From NCBI GenBank assembly GCA_905178155.1, contig CAJINV010000007.1:229371-293370 (forward strand): a stretch of 64,000 nt of DNA, read 5' to 3'. A model generated the notes under the pieces. The model did no database searches. It saw only the letters and a list, made by a program, of their open reading frames with translations, and was not told where the DNA came from. Origin of the DNA: Amoebophrya sp. A120. Lineage: Eukaryota; Protista; Dinoflagellata. Positions 44,301-53,100 of this stretch are shown piece after piece. The stretch's first letter is position 1, and each line of letters opens with the position of its first letter. Made by a program: the position numbers and the translations under genes.

Positions 44301-45895
44301 ACATTCTCCTGTGAGAATGTTGACCAAGGTGTGATGTGCACTACTGGATCTGCTTGTACTTCTTCTTCGAAGCTGTAATCTGTACGAGCAACACCAGCCG
44401 CGTTCTCGGGTCCCCGCACCATAGCGTGAGTAAAGTTTGCGATGTGCTGTGGGCTCCAGGATTTTGTGGTAGCGGCCGACGTCGGATCTGTCACTGTCTT
44501 CTGGTGGCCACAAGAAAAACAACTCAGTCGGACTTCGCGCACAATGCGGGCCTGTAACAAATGATGTACACTCCGCGCGCCGTCGCTCTGAAAAAACCCC
44601 GAGAAACCTAGGCTGCTCATTCCCCAGGCGAAATTCGCCACGTGTTGCGGTTCGTAATCACCGATTGCGTTGCTGCAGTAGTGAAGCGTCGCTCTTGCCA
44701 GTAGTTCATTGAGTTCTTCTACCCAGGCGAAGTCGTGTTCAACAGCAAGATCAACTTGCGGATACATCTGCTGTTTCGAATTATACAATTGCAGCTCCAG
44801 TTGTCCTTGTTTGGCCAATTTTCCCAAGCTCCAGACCGCGTTCGCCCAGCCTCGGCAGTCGAGAACTGACGTTGGCCTGTTTTTGCTACCGTCAGCTGTG
44901 CCTCCACACGACTTCGGCACCTCGCAAGCGCGGAAGGGTGGTAGGGTGGAAGTGATGGACGGTGACGTTCTACTTGTGGCAGAACTGCTAGAGCAGCCCT
45001 TTCGATGCTCTTCTGCCGGCGCGTTTCGCTGTTCTCCAGTAGTTTCAGTTGCTGCCGAAGTAGAAGAAAAAGAACTTGTACTTCTGGTCCGCAATACAAG
45101 CTTTTCAACCAGTTGCTTCACGTAGAAATCAATCTCCGCTCCTGCCCTTCGAGCAGACACTGGCGTATTCTTGTTGCTTTTAATTTTATTCTTCGGATTT
45201 ATTTGCTCTCCTCGTCGTTGACCAAGTTTCGCGAGTCTGTGCAAGGCTGTCACCAGGTTCACTGCGTTCATGTTGTCCAGATGCTTTTTCACATACTCCC
45301 GCACCGCCTCGGCAGACCGGCATTCCGCAAGTCGGGCGTTGAGCCAAATAGGACAACTTCTACGGAGAGCAGTAGTTGTTGTAGGGGTGGAGGTCGCGAC
45401 GTGTGACGACGTTGTTGATGTTTTTGTTTTTCGCACCTGCAAATGATCCGCAGAACAAGAAGCACTCTTCTTGCTACATGAGCCCCACACCTGATCAGAA
45501 GCTGTTTCTGACGAATTGTTCATCTGCGCTACGCCGAATTCTTTGTGCAGTTGCTCTCGTAGTGGCGCGTCTTGCGGCTGTCGTGTGGCGGAGGCGGGAT
45601 ATGATTTCAATTTCTCTGGCAGCTGCAATTCGTTGCTGGTACTACCTCCCGGGGCATTCTTGTTGCCGCTTTTATTCAGAGTAGGTCTTGCGGACGAGCA
45701 GGCGGGCTTCGGGATGGTTGTGCAAGGCAGCGAGATGACAACTTGCCGACGAGCGGCCGGAGGAACTCCCTGCATCATATTCTCTGTGCCGACTTCGTTG
45801 ATATGGATACGCACAACTGTCCGTCTATTTTTCAAAATATCATCGCTCTTGCCTTGGTCTACTTTTTGTTTTTCGAAAGGCGGCAAGTGAAGCAT
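41372..45895 (-). CDS. Intronless 1507-aa helical-repeat (OPR/HPR/RAP-associated-like) putative RNA-binding protein
   Basis: Uninterrupted 4.5-kb ORF with motifs MNAVNLVTALHRLAK, LDCRGWANAVWSLGKL, YEPQHVANFAWGMSSLG, WSPQHIANFTHAM, YSGQQLASLLHSLA. C-terminal GLSLDIVI resembles the start of a RAP domain. Confidence 0.75.
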   Translation of the reverse strand: MLHLPPFEKQKVDQGKSDDILKNRRTVVRIHINEVGTENMMQGVPPAARRQVVISLPCTTIPKPACSSARPTLNKSGNKNAPGGSTSNELQLPEKLKSYPASATRQPQDAPLREQLHKEFGVAQMNNSSETASDQVWGSCSKKSASCSADHLQVRKTKTSTTSSHVATSTPTTTTALRRSCPIWLNARLAECRSAEAVREYVKKHLDNMNAVNLVTALHRLAKLGQRRGEQINPKNKIKSNKNTPVSARRAGAEIDFYVKQLVEKLVLRTRSTSSFSSTSAATETTGEQRNAPAEEHRKGCSSSSATSRTSPSITSTLPPFRACEVPKSCGGTADGSKNRPTSVLDCRGWANAVWSLGKLAKQGQLELQLYNSKQQMYPQVDLAVEHDFAWVEELNELLARATLHYCSNAIGDYEPQHVANFAWGMSSLGFSGFFQSDGARSVHHLLQARIVREVRLSCFSCGHQKTVTDPTSAATTKSWSPQHIANFTHAMVRGPENAAGVARTDYSFEEEVQADPVVHITPWSTFSQENVQRGAPARPSIAGLPQAERPLLTAEFVEFLISDEIQKLARRRLYSGQQLASLLHSLASSLLSLCSTTFGGRGALVPDAAIAGGRAADKMLKSHVSLQQQLVAAFKTCLSDGSFPKPLADPEILTLLDAAARMKGPVASISMSALDRQIGDANEQHLVASLLFVLEQIASLTLEKLRITEHNAGFALLSFGTILENLDRMQPSRTSRTTTSTRTTALVRVMENFLCREPMLDLFTGTWRSSAAERNKRRPARHTDWPQETDWKSPKVLWAASEILCRSEDSQLSKTSRAIDASAGGKAANTFDAGPIHTAKLPHYHRKFCEHVKASVSRALRINCPDSTAFEPTQAAVRYCAKTIINLARLDESRCLGKLDTARRNLGKSEDTTSEQRSQQTKFYVQLFSRGNYPENTETLGALSPPAQIVPQNHYRALRALWQAIGTNCSPTSINANAAHAPALLQPTVAGHDDPISYEELLVLRIWCGKVLDEILKTEENLVLRTGISPCSFAAGGSAPALKTTAFFKSNDKRDICNFCHIAPKVIEDLAAHQTASSRRRSRPTTPSPSSDQDDVLSSSTSMSTYQRRRAQFRNFLKQLLKKQTPALPGLPESDSFPHSALDEIEFVNVICASLEIMVEGQDEPDFLQLVLQRIDERQRQFCGTRTTSTDVELAHDKFRRNFFTPTSTGRILMALADRQVYQPRFLRRAVDHLLEVLMMKNNFPRTRNEAGHVLVDENLTNTILWACHRCGDVDSLQKILRLYTCSGAAKMMNAAGAVFPGALPSPSGSSSSLPARASASLAPASFENAVRVCFSCVCCFVQPPLKFLRELVGGLAWCRTSSAGNGQHSSSWKTRMKLQQMGSVVAAALRLQQILQLHDQLSCRGNTVTDAKNLHGVSTSFGVPTAAISAAQTAIVSGDHRPTRAAENCENNDTEFHRSVLLAIRNLVSSSWGNRYNMQGSFRFLRVEENVGGFCPGLSLDIVIR

Positions 45896-45918
45896 AAATA
45901 CGTAAGTGGAGCCTTCAT

Positions 45919-46724
45919 CTCTACCGGCCCCGGCAAGAGGATCAGGCGTCGCCGGTAGAAACGAGAGACAGACCGGGAAAGTAAATCAAGGTAGCCACTG
46001 ACTCTGCCACCAACGGCAAGCCGTGTTTTTCGTTTCCGGGGCGATCTCTCGTTTCTACCGGCCCCGGCAAGAGGATCAGGCGTCGCCGGTAGAAACGAGA
46101 GACAGACCGGGAAAGTAAATCAAGGTAGCCGCTGACTCTGCCACCAACGGCAAGCCGTGTTTTTCGTTTCCGGGGCGATCTCTCGTTTCTACCGGCCCCG
46201 GCAAGAGGATCAGGCGTCGCCGGTAGAAACGAGAGACAGACCGGGAAAGTAAATCAAGGTAGCCACTGACTCTGCCACCAACGGCAAGCCGTGTTTTTCG
46301 TTTCCGGGGCGATCTCTCGTTTCTACCGGCCCCGGCAAGAGGATCAAGCGTCGCCGGTAGAAACGAGAGACAGACCGGGAAAGTAAATCAAGGTAGCCAC
46401 TGACTCTGCCACCAACGGCAAGCCGTGTTTTTCGTTTCCGGGGCGATCTCTCGTTTCTACCGGCCCCGGCAAGAGGATCAAGCGTCGCCGGTAGAAACGA
46501 GAGACAGACCGGGAAAGTAAATCAAGGTAGCCACTGACTCTGCCACCAACGGCAAGCCGTGTTTTTCGTTTCCGGGGCGATCTCTCGTTTCTACCGGCCC
46601 CGGCAAGAGGATCAAGCGTCGCCGGTAGAAACGAGAGACAGACCGGGAAAGTAAATCAAGGTAGCCACTGACTCTGCCACCAACGGCAAGCCGTGTTTTT
46701 CGTTTCCGGGGCGATCTCTCGTTT
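45919..46724. repeat. Satellite sub-array 1: 134-bp unit, 6 near-identical copies
   Basis: CTACCGGCCCC at 45921, 46055, 46189, 46323, 46457, 46591, 46725. Confidence 0.97.
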
Positions 46725-47394
46725 CTACCGGCCCCTGCGAGAGGTGTAGGCGTGGCCAGTAGAAACGAGGGATAGGTCGGGGAAAGAAATCAAAGCCACA
46801 ACTAGCGCTTCACGCAAGACAAGTCTATGCTTTTCTTCTCCGGGGCGGAATCTCGTTTCTACCACTCCCTCCAAGAGGTTTCGGCGTCCCCGGTAGAAAC
46901 GATGGATAGGTCGGGGAAAGAAATCAAAGTCACAGCTAGCGCTTCCAGCAAGACAAGTCCACTTTTTTCTTCCCCGCGGCGGAGTCTCGTTTCTACCACC
47001 CCCTGCGAGAGGTGTAGGCGTGGCCGGTAGAAACAAGGGATAGGTCGGGGAAAGAAATCAAAGCCACAACTAGTGCTTCCAGAAAGACAAGTCTATGCTT
47101 TTCTTCCCCGGGGCGGAATCTCGTTTCTACCACCCCCTGCGAGAGATGTGAGCGCGGCCGGTAGAAACGAGGGATAGGTCGGGTAACGAAATCAAAGCCA
47201 CAACTAGCGCTTCTAGCCAGACAAGTCCATTTTTTTCTTCCCCGCGGCGGTATCTCGTTTCTACCACTCCCTCCAAGAGGTTTGGGCGTACCCGGTAGAA
47301 ACGAGGGATAGGTCGGGAAAAGAAATCAAAGTCACAACTAGCGCTTCAAGCAAGACTAGCTTATGTTTTTCTTTCCCGGGGCGGAATCTTCTTT
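46725..47394. repeat. Satellite sub-array 2: ~134-bp diverged unit, ~5 copies
   Basis: TCTCGTTTCTACC...GGTAGAAACGA(G/T)GGATAGGTCGGG recurs in the same phase as sub-array 1. Confidence 0.92.
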
Positions 47395-49055
47395 CTACCA
47401 CCTCCTACAAGAGGTGCGGGCGTGGCTGGTAGAAAGAAGAATCAGGTGGGGAAAACAAAAAACGCTGCTTATGAGGCTTTCAGAAACACAAAGCAGCGAT
47501 TTTTTTCCCACGAGCGGAATCTTCTTTCTACCACCTCCTACAAGAGGTGCGTGCGTGGGTGGTAGAAAGAAGAATCAGGTGCGGAAAACAAAAAACGCTA
47601 TTTCTGAGGATTTCAGTAAGCGAAAGCAACATTTTTTTTACCACGAGCTGAATCTTCTTTCTACCACCTCCTGCAAGACCTGCGGGCGTGGGTGGTAGAA
47701 AGAAGAATCAGGTGCGGAAAACAAAAAGCGCTGTTTCTGAGGCTTTCAGTAAGCGAAAGCAACATTTTTTTTACCACGAGCTGAATCTTCTTTCTACCAC
47801 CTCCTGCAAGACCTGCGGGCGTGGCTGGTAGAAAGAAGAATCAGGTGCGGAAAACAAAAAGCGCTGTTTTTGAGGCTTTCAGTAAGCGAAAGCAACATTT
47901 TTTTTCCCACGAGCTGAATCTTCTTTCTACCACCTCCTGCAAGACCTGCGGGCGTGGGTGGTAGAAAGAAGAATCAGGTGCGGAAAACAAAAAGCGCTGT
48001 TTTTGAGGCTTTCAGTAAGCGAAAGCAACATTTTTTTTACCACGAGCTGAATCTTCTTTCTACCACCTCCTGCAAGACCTGCGGGCGTGGCTGGTAGAAA
48101 GAAGAATCAGGTGCGGAAAACAAAAAGCGCTGTTTTTGAGGCTTTCAGTAAGCGAAAGCAACATTTTTTTTCCCACGAGCTGAATCTTCTTTCTACCACC
48201 TCCTGCAAGACCTGCGGGCGTGGGTGGTAGAAAGAAGAATCAGGTGCGGAAAACAAAAAGCGCTGTTTTTGAGGCTTTCAGTAAGCGAAAGCAACATTTT
48301 TTTTACCACGAGCTGAATCTTCTTTCTACCACCTCCTGCAAGACCTGCGGGCGTGGCTGGTAGAAAGAAGAATCAGGTGCGGAAAACAAAAAGCGCTGTT
48401 TTTGAGGCTTTCAGTAAGCGAAAGCAACATTTTTTTTCCCACGAGCTGAATCTTCTTTCTACCACCTCCTGCAAGACCTGCGGGCGTGGGTGGTAGAAAG
48501 AAGAATCAGGTGCGGAAAACAAAAAGCGCTGTTTTTGAGGCTTTCAGTAAGCGAAAGCAACATTTTTTTTACCACGAGCTGAATCTTCTTTCTACCACCT
48601 CCTGCAAGACCTGCGGGCGTGGGTGGTAGAAAGAAGAATCAGGTGCGGAAAACAAAAAGCGCTGTTTTTGAGGCTTTCAGTAAGCGAAAGCAACATTTTT
48701 TTTACCACGAGCTGAATCTTCTTTCTACCACCTCCTGCAAGACCTGCGGGCGTGGGTGGTAGAAAGAAGAATCAGGTGCGGAAAACAAAAAACACTGTTT
48801 CTGAGGCTTTCACTAAGCCAAAGCAACATTTTTTTCCCACGGGCTGAATCTTCTTTCTACCACCTCCTGCAAGAGCTGCGGGCGTGGCTGGTAGAAAGAA
48901 GAATCAGGTGGGGAAAACAAGAAACGCTATTTCTGAGGTTTTCAGCAACACAAAGCAGCGATTTTTTCCCCACGACGTGAATCTTCTTTCTACCACCTCC
49001 TGCAAGAGGTGCGAGCGTGGGTGGTAGAAAGAAGAATCAGGTGGGGAAAACAAGA
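47395..49055. repeat. Satellite sub-array 3: ~133-bp unit, ~12-13 copies, partly 266-bp dimeric
   Basis: TCTTCTTTCTACCACC...GGTAGAAAGAAGA recurs; GGGTGG/GGCTGG variants alternate over ~47660-48490. Confidence 0.97.
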
Positions 49056-49876
49056 GGTTCTGGGTAGGCCGCGCCCTAAAATCTGCGGGTCGAACCCAAG
49101 CAGCAAGATTTGTAATACGCCATGCAAAAAACCCAGGCATGAAACAATACACAGGCACTGTTTAGATGCTTCTTAAAAGGCTTCGCGTCCTTGTAAAAAG
49201 ATACAGCTTACGCAAACACCGGCTCCAAAGGCAGGCGGGTGGGAGCAAGAAAAATGTAAGCGGTTCTAGATAGGCCGCACCCTAAAAAATGCGCGTCAAA
49301 CCCAATGCGCCTGTAATCGCGTTCCAAGACATCACGAATGAAAGAGAACACTTCTGAAGTACCTTAACTTGGTCATCCGAATGAAAGTCAAGTCTTGAAA
49401 AGGACCTTCAACAAAAGCGCTTACTCTTCTAATATCTGTGAACAAGCGTTCTTGATAAGTACTTAAATTCTTCGAGTCGTGGTTTCTTATGTTCTTGATG
49501 CAAAAATGTTTTGGTAAGAACGATATTGTCGCAAAAGCAAAGTCTTCACTTTGCACCTCCTCTGTCGTCAGGTCTGTGCAGCACTACGCAACTATGCTAA
49601 ATGTATCGGGTACGTCGAGAGGAAGAAGTTTCCTTCCTGAAAAAGTTATACTCTGTACCATCAGTGTTGCTCGTCTGCAGGATCTGAAGATACCGCTCAA
49701 AGAAATAACCCGGATAAACACTCAAAACGAAAACCGAATCAAGATCTCAATATGAGAAGTTTACTTACTTTAGTAATTGTCTCTATACTCCGCCATACAG
49801 CTCAGAACTGAAGAGGAACTACGAGCAATGTCAGCAAGAATCAACATGTGAACCTCGTACAAACAGAAATGATATT

Positions 49877-49953
49877 ATGAAGTCATGGTATTTAATACCA
49901 TGACTTCATGTCGGCTTTTGTAAAGGGATAATACTATTATCCCTTTACAAAAG
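49877..49953. repeat. Two adjacent perfect palindromes (16-bp and 19-bp arms, 1-nt centre)
   Basis: ATGAAGTCATGGTATT-T-AATACCATGACTTCAT and CTTTTGTAAAGGGATAATA-C-TATTATCCCTTTACAAAAG. Confidence 0.9.
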
Positions 49954-50166
49954 TCTAAAGCCGATAAACGTAGAAAAGGTGTAACAAATTGGATCTAAAA
50001 ATGCGCCGTCGCTCTGCAGTTCAACTACTATACTTTTTGAGGCGCAATTTTGTTCGACTCTCACCGATTTGGTCTTTCCCTCCGGCGCCAGCACTATTAG
50101 ATTACCGACTCGTCGGTAACTATTTAAATTTAATTGATCATATATCATCCACCAGTACTTACAAGA

Positions 50167-53100
50167 CTAATCCGCCTCTTCCTCCGCGCCGCCATCTGTA
50201 GTATGAAAACCGTAAAAGTCCGCCTCGTACTGCACTAAATGCAATGGTAAGACTATCCCACGACAAAACTGTTTCAACACTGTGATGATCTTGCAAGATT
50301 TGCATCACAAGTTTGTTACACATGAGCCAGAAGGTTTGCCATGCGCGCTTCCAAAGGGAAAACACCGCGAAAAAGTCAAGGTCTTGCAGGTGTAGGCAAG
50401 ACAAATAGTTCTGTGCTTCATTCTATGCATCACAAGTTCACAGTGAAACAGTTTTCTCTCACGATAAAGACGCGCGCGGGGTCCATGACGACGAGTTCTA
50501 CGTGATCCTGTCCCTATCCTGTGCAAAAGTATCGTACTCGTATAAATGCAGGTCTTGCATTACAAATTTCTTTGTCAAGGCAAATCAGCATTACAAATTT
50601 TATTTCTCATGCTGAGAAAATTTGTAATGCATTTATACGAGTACGATGCTTTTGCAGTTCATAGTCCCAGTGGTTTGAAAATGTCCGGAAAGTGTATGCC
50701 CCGCTCAGGTGTTACAATCTCAAACGCTACAATAGTTAGAATATGGAAATCTGTGATGCAAGAAGTGCATTATCCAGCGAACTCTCAAAGGATTACGCAT
50801 GACAAGTTCCGGCTCTTTCCCAAACCGCGCTACAATCTTCCGAAATTTGTATTGCAGAAAGTTGAACGCTCTGCGAGTCTGTCATGCTCATATGTGCAAG
50901 ACAAGTCCCAGCCTCTCTTGTAAAGTTTGACACTGTTCTAACACCTGAGCGGGTTATAAAGTGCTCCACACTACTTCCATCGGCGCTCTTCCGCTCGCCG
51001 CCCGGGTGCCACCGCCACATCAGCCCCGTATCAAATGTAAAAGTGTCTGGGTCTGGAAGATTGCAACTTGTCATGCTAAATCTGCAGCATGCAAAAATCT
51101 GTGTTGCATGATTACCAAAAGTCGTCCAGTTTTGACCAAGTCGGATCGTATCGTTTTGACATTTGACTCCTGTCAGGGTGGCGCTAGAACAGATTTAGCC
51201 TCTGCCAATACCGTGGCGTTAGAACAGATTTAGCCTCTGCCAATACCCTAGGTGGACACCCGTTCCACGTCCTACAGGTACCACCCGACCGCATCCGCCG
51301 AACCGTTTCCGATTTCTTACGCGTGCGTACGGCCAGTGGGCGCTAGATGTGGCTGACCTGATTTACCATCCAAGCCCGCGAGCAAGGTGGAGCTCCAGTG
51401 TTGCCTTGTTGGGTTATTCTTACAAACGGGAGGTAGTTTCTCATGCAGGATAGGCATTAATAAGGTCTCGCAGAATCTGTCATGTTGGTCAAAAGCATGA
51501 CGTGCTAGGTCCTGCATTCCAGACCTCATGGGTCATGGAAAAGCAGCATCACAAGTTTCGAATTCTTCCAGACCCAGACACTTTTACATTTGATACCCCG
51601 GAAGGATGATCAACGAGTCACAATGCGGCGGCAAAAACTCCAATCCCGGCACGGTCTTATGAGAGTGCACAAGCCTTCTTGCCGCCCCTCATTTGTCATG
51701 CAAAATTTCAAATCCAGGGTATGCCTCTTGGCACTGTTTGCATGACAAGTTCAAATAGTAGAACTACACTCCAGTGTAAATTTGTCATGCAAAACCGGCA
51801 CTCTTGCTGATGCTTGTATTGCCGTTCATGCTATACAAATGAGGGGGAAGGAGAGTTGTGCACAGTCATAGGTCTGCGTGACCGCACAGATGCGGCCCAA
51901 GTTGGCTTTGATCAGCAGCTATGCATTGCAAATATGTCTGGGTCTGGATGGATTCGGATTTGTGATGCGTATTTGACAATACAAACAAATCTCTCATGCA
52001 TAGGCAGCAAAAGACGCCCAGTTCCTGCCGCCAAAATGGGGGATTTGTCATGCGGATTAGGCATTGCGGAACCATCTCGAAATCTGTGATGCTAGGTCTT
52101 CTATGACGAACCTTCCGTATCATGCAGAAGCAGCATAAAAAACATCTACTTGCTTCGGATCCAGACCCAGACATATTTGCATCGCATAGCAGCGCGTGGT
52201 GGACTCTTCGTCTTCTTTTACTTGGCCGCTGCTGCTGGTGGCCGACACCGGCTGTAGCTCGTCCCCTGGAACTCCTCGCCCCAGGACTTCTTTGTCTTGT
52301 AGTGCTGCCCGAGGACTTCTGTACAAAAGTAGACGTTCTAGCCCTTCTTCGGCGCCTTTTTTTTTCCGAGACGTTCTTCTTGAGGATTCGTTGCTTTATT
52401 TTTCGCCCCGAGGAGGTTGATGTTCTTTTTATCAACTTTTTCTTGCCGCGCTGGTGGTGCCTCCTCGTTTTTTTGATGACGCTCCGGAGCTGATGCTGTG
52501 CCTTCTTGTTCTTCCGCCGGTTGATATTTTTGCCTTGTGATGACGTAGTGGTCCTCCGCATGGAGGAACAGGCAGACGGAACATCCACCTCATCCCCCTC
52601 CGGGGTTTTTGACTCGGGCGATTCCGTCTCGTGTGTATCCCACAGAAAATCTTAGGCACGGCCATACCAGAAAAAAACGACCAGAATGTAATAAATGTGA
52701 TGCTGCGACAAGTCTACTCGGTGTAGCTCTTCTTTCTTGTACTGTTCTGACAGAAAATTCTCTCTGTTGGTGTAGTAGTGTTCGCGACGAGACAGAAGAC
52801 CTCGTCTACTTCACTGACGCTGATTTAGCGACACAGGTCGTAATATTTTTTTTCTGGTATCATGCCTATGCTTGTACAACTTTTCTGTAGGATAGTGTTC
52901 CCCCTGCGCGTAGTAGTGCGCCTTGCACATCTGAACCGCGAAGTAGAATCCTTTGCCGTACCAACTGTAACGGCGGACCATCGGGGTGGAATGTGCTGTG
53001 TAAAAAAATCTACGTCGACGTCCCCACCGCACCAGTACTTTGTATTGTAATGCAAATCGGCAGACCTAAAATGTTCTTTCTCATAGTACGCAGTGCCAAC

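Noticed and set aside
45919-49055. CRISPR array interpretation of the palindromic repeats (also 1-915, 2423-4460, 14330-15115)
   Set aside because: Whole units repeat with no unique spacers, there are no cas genes, and the context is eukaryotic.
49065-49310. tRNA/SINE suggested by GGTCGAACCC
   Set aside because: No cloverleaf or A-box; it is only a degenerate ~200-bp-spaced direct repeat.
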